Part shown: one piece after another, positions 7,121 through 13,805 of the stretch
How the letters are laid out: each line of letters opens with the position of its first letter
Position numbering within the stretch: position 1 is the first letter of the stretch
Virus record (IMG/VR): IMGVR_UViG_2713896779_000020
DNA: 13,805 bases
Strand: one strand, 5' to 3'
Source: a virus
Taxonomy: Duplodnaviria > Heunggongvirae > Uroviricota > Caudoviricetes
Translations under genes and position numbers: made by a program
The notes under the pieces: generated by a model
Told to the model about the DNA's origin: nothing
The model's input: the letters and a program-made list of their open reading frames with translations, nothing else
Databases searched by the model: none

Positions 7121-7522
7121 TCACGCCCGGCGGCTTTTTTGTGCCGCCAGCCACCTAGCAATGGTTTCTTCCATTGATTTTTTCTTGTCTTTGATTTCTT
7201 GAAGCATTTTTTCTTGGTCTTCCTCAGGAAACGCACTAAAAGCTTGGAGCAGTTCGCGTTGGCGAGGACCAATTTTCATCGTGTCAGGGGTGAAAATTTG
7301 CTCACACTCTTCAGGAGGCAATAAAAACCAATGCAATGGATGCCCTGAAACCTCAACCAGTTTATCCAAACTTGAGGCTTTAGGTGTAGCCTTACCGCTG
7401 ACCCATTGTTGAACAGTTTGTTGTGTCACACCAATTCTACGGGCAAGCTCAGCCTGGCTCCATCCAGTTTCCTGAAGAAGCTTGCTGATTCTGTACATAG
7501 ATACTTCTAGGGCGCTCATCAT
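7121..7522 (-). CDS. HTH_XRE transcriptional regulator, DicA/PaaR2-like; candidate prophage repressor
   Basis: Helix-turn-helix SQAELARRIGVTQQTVQQWVSGK near the N-terminus. First gene of the operon with the antitoxin and toxin, and divergent from the cro-like gene. The start is ambiguous: 7522 (MMSALEV...) or the internal ATG at 7498 (MYRISKLLQETGW...), the latter giving a more typical HTH N-terminus. Confidence 0.7.
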   Translation of the reverse strand: MMSALEVSMYRISKLLQETGWSQAELARRIGVTQQTVQQWVSGKATPKASSLDKLVEVSGHPLHWFLLPPEECEQIFTPDTMKIGPRQRELLQAFSAFPEEDQEKMLQEIKDKKKSMEETIARWLAAQKSRRA

Positions 7523-7563
7523 TATTCAATTTTACAGGTAAATACTGTTAAAAGCACCACAAT

Positions 7564-7602
7564 AAAAAACTGTTGATTGCATACAGTTTTTTATTGTAGG
7601 CT
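7564..7602 (+). promoter_or_regulatory. Rightward early promoter (PR-like) with overlapping operator, paralogous to the leftward unit
   Basis: AAAAAACTGT-N9-ACAGTTTTTT inverted repeat (7564-7592); -35 TTGATT (7573-7578), 18-bp spacer, -10 TAGGCT (7597-7602). An extra half-site ACTGTT lies at 7544-7549. GGAGG ribosome-binding site at 7621-7625 before the cro-like ATG. Confidence 0.5.
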
Positions 7603-7630
7603 TTGCTTATAGTTTTTAGAGGAGGGCAAA

Positions 7631-7903
7631 ATGCTAGATAGCACTCGCGAAAAAATTAGGCAGAAATACACTCAGGCTGAAATAGGTCGTTATATGGGGG
7701 TCGCTCAACAGACTGTTTGGCAATGGTTTAGCTTTGGCGTTCCCCCAAAGCAGGTAATTCCGTTATGCCAACTAATGAAGTGGGAAGTTACCCCGCATGA
7801 AATCCGCCCAGATATTTATCCTAACCCAACCGACGGTTTACCTGTTGGATGTAAGGTTAACACATCAAATGCGCCGGAGTTGATTCATGAAAATCAAGCA
7901 TGA
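7631..7903 (+). CDS. Cro/YdaS-like small HTH protein (90 aa)
   Basis: Divergent from the repressor. Helix-turn-helix GRYMGVAQQTVWQW. Strong ribosome-binding site. Confidence 0.7.
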   Translation: MLDSTREKIRQKYTQAEIGRYMGVAQQTVWQWFSFGVPPKQVIPLCQLMKWEVTPHEIRPDIYPNPTDGLPVGCKVNTSNAPELIHENQA

Positions 7904-8312
7904 ACACATCCGCATGGCGATGAATGCCTGGGCGCATCCGGACGGCGAAAAAGTACCGGCTGCGAAAATTACCAAAGCGTATTTCGAGCTGGGAATGACG
8001 TTCCCGGAACTGTATGACGACAGCCATCCGGAAGCCATGGCTCGCAATACTCAGAAAATTTTCCGCTGGGTGGAGAAAGACACTCCTGATGCGGTTAAAA
8101 AAATTCAGGCGTTGTTACCAGCGATCGAAAAAGCGATGCCGCCTCCGCTGGTGGCCCGAATGCGCAGCCACAGTTCCGCTTATTTTCGGGAGTTGGTAGA
8201 GACGAAGGAACGGCTGGTGAAAGATATTGATGATTTCGTTGCATCAGCGATCGTTCTGTTCGATCAGATGAATCGTGGTGGCCCGGCAGGAAACACTCTG
8301 GCTGTGCATTAA
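7887..8312 (+). CDS. ydaT: YdaT-like protein (141 aa)
   Basis: The N-terminus MKIKHEHI matches my recollection of Rac YdaT, and it has the same position after the cro-like gene. Its start overlaps the cro-like stop by 17 nt. Confidence 0.5.
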   Translation: MKIKHEHIRMAMNAWAHPDGEKVPAAKITKAYFELGMTFPELYDDSHPEAMARNTQKIFRWVEKDTPDAVKKIQALLPAIEKAMPPPLVARMRSHSSAYFRELVETKERLVKDIDDFVASAIVLFDQMNRGGPAGNTLAVH

Positions 8313-8325
8313 TTGGGTAATAAAT

Positions 8326-8835
8326 ATGAGTAATGACAAAAAATTGACACTGAGCGTTTACGAAAACAGTCCGCACATCTGGCGTGGCGGTTTATCTGAT
8401 GTGGAGCTGGCAGAGTGGTTGATACATAAAGCTAATGCGCTGCTCTGGCGTTTGTCAGCCAGAGAACAGCGCAAGGAAACCAGAATAAAGCTGGCTGATG
8501 CAGAAGCGTGTGCCGGGCTTATTGAGGATTATACAAATCTTGGTATTTCTTCAGCAGAGAGTGATCCCATTCAGCCTCTGAGCAGGGAGTCAATCCAGCA
8601 CGCTGGTTGTATGGCACATCTTGTAACTGCTCGTCAACATGAGGTGGGTATTGGATCACTTCCGGTGGGATATTCGCTGATTCCAGAGCTGGTTGAAGCA
8701 AGAAAATCAGTTCAGAAAAAGAGAGATGACGCACTTCAATTATTGAGAGAGCACTATGGCGCGATACCAGAATGCGAACAGCATCGATACCCTGAAGGTT
8801 ATGAATGGATGCAGTCTCTTTTTGAAGTTCGCTAA
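8326..8835 (+). CDS. Hypothetical protein (169 aa from the internal ATG)
   Basis: I chose ATG 8326 (MSNDKKLTLSVYENSPHIWRGG...) rather than the track start at 8275, which overlaps ydaT-like. No motif recognised. Confidence 0.5.
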   Translation: MSNDKKLTLSVYENSPHIWRGGLSDVELAEWLIHKANALLWRLSAREQRKETRIKLADAEACAGLIEDYTNLGISSAESDPIQPLSRESIQHAGCMAHLVTARQHEVGIGSLPVGYSLIPELVEARKSVQKKRDDALQLLREHYGAIPECEQHRYPEGYEWMQSLFEVR

Positions 8836-8941
8836 TCAATATGTCGAGACGAAGGTATGTTTCGGCGCGCAGCCAGGCTCTGTAATCCGGGAGCATTTCG
8901 GGGCTGTTACACCAGCGGTTTGTTGCTGCAACATTTAATAC

Positions 8942-10226
8942 ATGAGCCTGATAAAGGCTTTTCAAAAAATACATGTCGAACCTCCTCTGGTTCTGTCGAT
9001 TGGGAACCACAGATTATATCCGGAGGAAGGTTCGGCACCAGATGAGGTAGCCATGCGTGATTACGCAAAAGTTTCTCCGCGATTCTGGCTGGGAGAAACG
9101 GGGAGAGAACTTAGAAAGGCGGGTGCAGAAGCGCAAGTTGTTGCTTTTTACCTGATGACATCCCCTCACGCAAATATGCTGGGTTTGTATTACCTGCCAG
9201 TTTTATACCTTGCTCATGAAACCGGGCTTGGTCTGGAAGGGGCTTCAAAGGGGCTTAAAAGGGCTGTTGAAGCTGGTTTTTGTAGCTATGACCATGATGC
9301 AGAGATGGTCTGGGTCCATGAAATGGCAGCCTGGCAGGTTGGGGAAACGTTGAAGCCTGGCGATAACCGTTGTGCAGGTGTCAGGAATGAGTATGCATCA
9401 TTACCTGAAAACGCTTTTCTGTCAGTGTTTTACGACAGATATAAAACGGATTTCCATCTGGATGTGAGGCGGAATAATAGCCGAAATTCGGTAAGGGGCT
9501 TCGAAGGGGCTTTTAAGGGGCTTCGAAGCCAAGAACAGGAACAGGAGCAGGAGAAAGAACAGGAACAGGACAAAAACACTATGGTTCATGGCAAAAAAAA
9601 CACCACGAACCAGGCAGGGGATGTTCAGACCGTCAATCCTGGTCAGCCAGCAGGCACGACACCGNNNNNNNNNNNNNNNNNNNNNNNNNNNNNNNNNNNN
9701 NNNNNNNNNNNNNNAAGCCGATTCAGCGTATGCGCTGAAAGCCGATTCGGGCGCTGTGCAGCAGGTGATGACCGCAGGGTCGGAGCAATCACACCAACTG
9801 CAGCAGCCTGAAGCCGATTCCGCCATTCAGCGGGAAGCCGATCGGGTAGTCCCGGAAAGCACCGGGCAGTCTGTGGGACGAGTGGATTATCCGGATGTGT
9901 TCGAACAGGTCTGGCGGGAATACCCGTTGCGTGCTGGGGCAAACCCGAAGAAATCCGCTTTCAGTGCCTGGAAGGCCAGATTGCGCGAGGGGGTGCCACC
10001 AGAGACCATGCTGGATGGTGTGAGGCGTTACGCGAGATACCTGGCGGCGACCGGGAAAGCGGGAACGGAATTTGTTCAGCGAGCGACGACGTTTTTTGGG
10101 CCGGACCGGAATTTTGAAAACCCCTGGTTGCTCCCGGTAAGCGGCACGAACAACCAGCGTTGTGTGAATCATATTTCTGAACCGGATACCGAAATTCCGC
10201 CGGGATTCAGGGGTGATGTGGCATGA
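8942..10226 (+). CDS. Replication-initiation (O-like / YdaU-type) protein with a low-complexity linker; interrupted by a 50-N run
   Basis: Track ORFs 8942-9811 and 9588-10226 are each protein-like only on their own side of the gap (N-terminal part before it, C-terminal part ...DYPDVFEQVWREYPLRAGANPKKSAFSAWKARL... after it). The stop overlaps the start of the DnaC-like gene (ATGA). Single-gene status across the gap is an inference. Confidence 0.5.
9237..9523 (+). repeat. Two clusters of three phased direct repeats AAGGGGCTT (11-bp period) inside the replication gene; candidate iterons
   Basis: Cluster 1 copies start at 9237, 9248 and 9259 (the third is degenerate). Cluster 2 copies start at 9493, 9504 and 9515. 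Confidence 0.6.
9665..9714. other. Run of 50 N (assembly or scaffold gap, or masked bases) inside the replication gene
   Basis: Literal n characters. The flanks are repeat-rich: (GAACAG)n at 9531-9572 and AAGCCGATTC-type repeats at 9715-9844. Confidence 0.99.
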
Positions 10227-10963
10227 AAAACATTGCGGCAGCCGGGGTTCTTGAACGTATTCGCAGACTTGCACCACAGGCGTCGGTTCCACCGTACCGG
10301 ACGGTGGAGGAGTGGCGGGAATGGCAACTTGCTGAAGGACGAAAACGCAGCGAGGAGATTAACCGCCAGAATCACCAGTTGCGGGTGGAAAAAATCCTGA
10401 ATCGTTCGGGCATCCAGCCTCTGCACAGCAAATGCTCGTTTGCGAATTATCAGGTGCAGAACGACGGGCAAAAATACGCGCTGAGCCAGGCCAAATCCAT
10501 AGCTGACGAACTGATGACCGGGTGCACGAATTTTGTGTTCAGCGGTAAAACCGGCACCGGGAAAAATCACCTTGCAGCGGCGATGGGTAACCGGCTGATG
10601 GCGAAGGGGCGCAGCGTGATTATCGTCACCGTGTCTGATGTCATGAGCGTGTTGCATGACAGCTACGACAACGGCAAATCCGGGGAAAAATTTTTACAGG
10701 AGCTTTGCAGTGTTGATTTGCTGGTCCTGGATGAAATAGGCGTTCAGCGGGAGACGAAAAACGAGCAGGTGGTATTACACCAGATAATTGATCGCCGGAC
10801 AGCATCACTGTGCAGTGTCGGGATGTTAACAAACCTGAATCATGCCGCAATGAGTACACTTCTTGGTGAGAGGATTATGGACCGCATGACCATGAACGGT
10901 GGTCGATGGGTGACGTTTAACTGGGATAGCTGGCGGTCAAACGTTGGACGTCAGGGTATGTGA
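10223..10963 (+). CDS. DnaC-like helicase loader / IstB-type AAA+ ATPase (246 aa)
   Basis: Walker A FSGKTGTGKNHLA and Walker B LLVLDEIG. Start overlaps the stop of the preceding replication gene, typical of O-P-like pairs. Confidence 0.85.
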   Translation: MKNIAAAGVLERIRRLAPQASVPPYRTVEEWREWQLAEGRKRSEEINRQNHQLRVEKILNRSGIQPLHSKCSFANYQVQNDGQKYALSQAKSIADELMTGCTNFVFSGKTGTGKNHLAAAMGNRLMAKGRSVIIVTVSDVMSVLHDSYDNGKSGEKFLQELCSVDLLVLDEIGVQRETKNEQVVLHQIIDRRTASLCSVGMLTNLNHAAMSTLLGERIMDRMTMNGGRWVTFNWDSWRSNVGRQGM

Positions 10964-10988
10964 GAATTTTTGACGAGGTAAATTTTCG

Positions 10989-11759
10989 ATGGAAACTGTA
11001 TTGCATGCACTGAAAGCGATGGGAAAAGCCAATTCTGTTGAACTGGCGGCGCGGCTTGATATCAGCCGTGAAGAAGTTCTTAACGAACTGTGGGAACTCA
11101 AAAAAAATGGCGTTGTTGATAAAACGGGTCACACCTGGTTTCTGGCTGGCGAAGGTGAATCCCGGGTAACCGAAGAGCGGCCAGTAAAATCTGAAGCACA
11201 GGATATGCTGACCGGGGAGGTCGAACAAAAAGTTACCGCAGACATGATGATTGAGTTTATCGGTCAGGATGGGGCTAAAACGTGTGAGGAACTGGCGGGT
11301 AAGTTCGGTGTCAGTACTCGCAAGGTTGCTTCCACGCTGGCGGTGGTAACCGCAACGGGGCGGCTGGCACGCGTTAATCAGAACGGTAAATTTCGTTACT
11401 GCATGCCGGGCGATAATTTACCAGCAGAGCCGAAAGCCGCGCTGGTAACGGAAAGTGATGGTAAGGCCTTTCCTCAGCCAGCAGGTGCTGCGTTACCAGT
11501 CCGGGAAGCCGCAACACAGGAAGAAATTAAAACAGAAACTGTGGCGGACATTGTGCAGCCGTTGCCATCGTTTACCGAAACGCAAGCAGATGAGCTGATT
11601 TTTCCGTCCCTTCGCAGGGCAAACCTGGCGCTGCGCAGGGCGAAAAGTGATGTTCAGAAGTGGGAGCGAGTCTGCGCCGCGCTGCGGGAGCTGAACAAGC
11701 ACCGGGATATTGTTCGACAGATTACTGATTCTTCCCGCCGTGTTGTATCGGAAAAGTGA
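10989..11759 (+). CDS. Hypothetical protein with an N-terminal winged-helix-like region (256 aa)
   Basis: Full-length ORF with even coding composition. N-terminus [27 protein letters not shown] resembles a winged helix. Function unknown. Confidence 0.6.
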   Translation: METVLHALKAMGKANSVELAARLDISREEVLNELWELKKNGVVDKTGHTWFLAGEGESRVTEERPVKSEAQDMLTGEVEQKVTADMMIEFIGQDGAKTCEELAGKFGVSTRKVASTLAVVTATGRLARVNQNGKFRYCMPGDNLPAEPKAALVTESDGKAFPQPAGAALPVREAATQEEIKTETVADIVQPLPSFTETQADELIFPSLRRANLALRRAKSDVQKWERVCAALRELNKHRDIVRQITDSSRRVVSEK

Positions 11760-11774
11760 TTGCCGGAGGCGCTT

Positions 11775-12188
11775 ATGGCAAAAGTATTTACACAGGAAGA
11801 GCGGGAAAAAATTAAAGGGCAGGTTGTTGAGCTAGTACGCCGGAGTGGGCGCGAGACGTTACGGCAACTGGAAGCCAAGACAGGTGCGACAAGATATCTG
11901 ATGAGCGTTCTTGCCAGAGAGCTGGTTGCCAGTGGCGATGTATACAACTCTGGTTACGGGTTATTCCCATCTGAACAGGCTCGTAAGGACTGGCAAAACG
12001 CCCGCAAAAAACTATCGAGGGCAAAACTGAAGAAACCGGTTGTGGTTGATCCTGACCTTATCTGGTCATTACCAGACGGAGAAATACGCCGCTATGACAG
12101 GCAATTGAACATAATTTGTAGTGAGTGCCGTAACAGTGAAGTGATGCAGCGAGTTTTGATATTTTACACAGGAGTAATGATGGAATAG
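11775..12188 (+). CDS. Hypothetical protein (137 aa)
   Basis: GGAGG ribosome-binding site 5 nt before ATG 11775 (MAKVFTQEEREK...); the track start at 11760 lacks a ribosome-binding site. Function unknown. Confidence 0.55.
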   Translation: MAKVFTQEEREKIKGQVVELVRRSGRETLRQLEAKTGATRYLMSVLARELVASGDVYNSGYGLFPSEQARKDWQNARKKLSRAKLKKPVVVDPDLIWSLPDGEIRRYDRQLNIICSECRNSEVMQRVLIFYTGVMME

Positions 12189-12539
12189 TGAAAATAACAT
12201 GAAACCTTTGGATTCTGGTGTTTCAGTGGATGGGAAAAGAGCAGATACATAGAAAATGAATAGCAATAATTCACAGTCTGGATGTTGTTTGTATGCTTAT
12301 AAAATGATCCTAGTATGCATTGCCGGAGTTGAATCAGCTCCAATGAAGAAACTGAGAGGAGTATTTAGAAGATAGCTAAATGGATGTAATTATTAGTATC
12401 TAAAAAATAGTATTTTTGAAATGGGTCTAAGAACACAACAATGTACAAATGAGAAGTTATCTTTTAATATGTTCAAAGACCCATTAGGATTGATATCAGT
12501 TATGTTAGCTAGATTGATAAAGTGATTACATATTTTCTG

Positions 12540-13313
12540 TTATATGCTGAAATGAATAATGCTATTCCAGAGTGCAGCAGAGAAAGTCTCCTGATGATTG
12601 AGCTCTGGAAATTGTACAATAGAAAAATTACTGTATTTTTCTGTCAAAATATTTCTCAAAACAGATTCCGCTTTGATGGCTTCAGGATATAAAGATGCGG
12701 AGTAATCAAGGCTAAGATTTCCGTTAAGCAAGCATATACTTTTAGTGTGCTTTGATTCTGATATATCATCTTTAATTATCTTGATGATTCTTTCATTCTG
12801 CCATAGAAGTGATGGTGCAGATATATAATAATAGTTAAAGCATGAATTATTTTTTAAGCAATCAAGCACAAAAATAGCACCTAGCGAGTGCCCACATATA
12901 CCGATTCTGGAACTGTTCGGAGCAATAGTACTAACCCATGGCATGATCTGAGTTAGTAATAATTCTCGGAAAGACTGGCTTCCTCCACCAGTAAAGTAGA
13001 TCCATGCTGGTTTAGAGTTATCAACAATAGCATTTTCACCATCAGGAGTATAATCGTAAGCACGGCGATGAATGCTAAGGTTATTCCAAGATTCATAACC
13101 AAGTGTAACTAACACTGGTGGATTGGGTAGTGCATCAATAACAGGCAGAATATCAGAAATGTAATTGTTGGCACTATTCCCATCAAGTATATAAAGAGTT
13201 GCATTATTTTTTTTAATGTTTTTTGGAGTAAAAATACATATTTTATATTTGGTGTCATGGTTAATTGAGTTAAATATGCGTGTTTGACAATGAATGTCCA
13301 TATGTTTAGTCAT
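12540..13313 (-). CDS. Alpha/beta-hydrolase-fold esterase-family protein (257 aa) in an AT-rich island
   Basis: Serine-hydrolase nucleophile elbow GHSLGA (GxSxG) with upstream LDGNS and GGGSQSF blocks resembling the putative-esterase family (Fes/IroE/esterase D type). GGAGA-like ribosome-binding site. The gene and its flanks look markedly more AT-rich than the rest of the window (by eye, not computed). Confidence 0.7.
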   Translation of the reverse strand: MTKHMDIHCQTRIFNSINHDTKYKICIFTPKNIKKNNATLYILDGNSANNYISDILPVIDALPNPPVLVTLGYESWNNLSIHRRAYDYTPDGENAIVDNSKPAWIYFTGGGSQSFRELLLTQIMPWVSTIAPNSSRIGICGHSLGAIFVLDCLKNNSCFNYYYISAPSLLWQNERIIKIIKDDISESKHTKSICLLNGNLSLDYSASLYPEAIKAESVLRNILTEKYSNFSIVQFPELNHQETFSAALWNSIIHFSI

Positions 13314-13805
13314 GCGTTCTCCCCATGAGCATTAAAGGATGCTTAAGATATGCTATGTCACTGATAAAAAATTTGTTGTGTGTGTTTAGTTATTTTATCT
13401 ACCTCCATTATGATTTAAGACTGATATATGTTATCAGCAAAGGTACATCGTTATTATTTTACCTGTCAATACATTTGATATTGATTATCGTTTACATCGC
13501 TTGCTTAGGAAATTGAAGGCAGGTAACTATCATGTCAATGAACTAACCCACAGTCTAACGTACTTCTTTCCCCAATCACCAACAACCAAATTCCTGTTAT
13601 CACCACTGGGATTTTGGCGCAACTTCATGGTGCAGAGGTAAATAGCATCAAGCAAAATCTCTTTTTCCGTTGTTGTCCTTATGGGACGTCTGTCTTTCTG
13701 ACCGATTTCATATTGGCGAGGTAATGGGAAGTTAAGTAGAATAGCTGCGGGTGCTTGAGGCTATCTGCCTCGGGCATGAACACCAACGGCAGATAGAGAA
13801 AAGCC

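Noticed and set aside
7069-7272. 67-aa minus-strand ORF overlapping the repressor gene
   Set aside because: Alternative frame inside the HTH repressor ORF with a lysine/arginine-rich translation; no independent support.
7865-9045. ORFs 7865-8047 and 8095-8376 (minus), 8014-8199 (plus), 8519-9010 (minus), 8756-8938 and 8857-9045 (plus)
   Set aside because: Antisense to, or alternative frames of, the ydaT-like, hypothetical and replication genes on a clearly rightward-transcribed block.
9531-9572. (GAACAG)n hexamer repeat as an independent regulatory element
   Set aside because: It is in frame and encodes a Gln/Glu linker. I mention it under the gap finding but do not call it as a separate feature.
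9422-10859. Minus-strand ORFs 9422-9826, 9643-9942, 9789-10292, 10169-10657 and 10641-10859
   Set aside because: Antisense to the replication and DnaC-like genes; Arg/Pro/His-rich translations; some exist only because of N-run translation.
10917-12266. Minus-strand ORFs 10917-11228, 11493-11702, 11654-11947, 11812-12024 and 12069-12266
   Set aside because: Antisense shadows of the two rightward hypothetical genes.
12256-12375. 39-aa plus-strand ORF (MNSNNSQSGCCLYAYKMILVCIAGV...) in the AT-rich spacer
   Set aside because: No ribosome-binding site and AT-rich context where random ORFs are common; cannot be supported without conservation data.
13325-13516. 63-aa hydrophobic plus-strand ORF upstream of the hydrolase
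   Set aside because: Its Ile/Leu/Tyr-rich composition is what AT-rich non-coding DNA yields, and it overlaps the likely promoter region of the hydrolase gene.

Overview
This window reads as the integrase-proximal (early-left, immunity and replication) part of a lambdoid, Rac/Qin-like prophage of an Escherichia-type genome. All family and homologue names below are recalled from memory; no database search was run. Left to right: a 60-nt 3' fragment of tRNA-Ser(UGA) forming the att core (3-62), then on the minus strand integrase, a small excisionase-like gene, a large exonuclease with a C-terminal DEDD 3'-5' exonuclease domain, ydfD-like, dicB, the dicF sRNA, a frameshifted gene, ydfB-like and ydfA-like. 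A small Lar/RalR-like zinc-ribbon gene sits antisense inside that operon. The immunity region follows: a leftward promoter/operator, an intrinsic terminator, a ParE-type toxin with a PaaA2-like antitoxin and a DicA/PaaR2-like HTH repressor on the minus strand, then a divergent promoter/operator and rightward cro-like, ydaT-like, a replication-initiator-like gene with internal iteron-like repeats, and a DnaC-like helicase loader. The window ends in an AT-rich island carrying a minus-strand alpha/beta-hydrolase. Two 50-N runs (2774-2823, 9665-9714) interrupt the exonuclease and the replication gene; the first is flanked by a 240-bp imperfect direct repeat that looks like an unmerged contig overlap. 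I could not identify one clearly novel multi-gene system; the strongest leads are the paired promoter/operator units with a toxin-antitoxin pair in the rexAB-equivalent slot, the Lar-like antisense gene, a candidate -1 frameshift and the hydrolase island.
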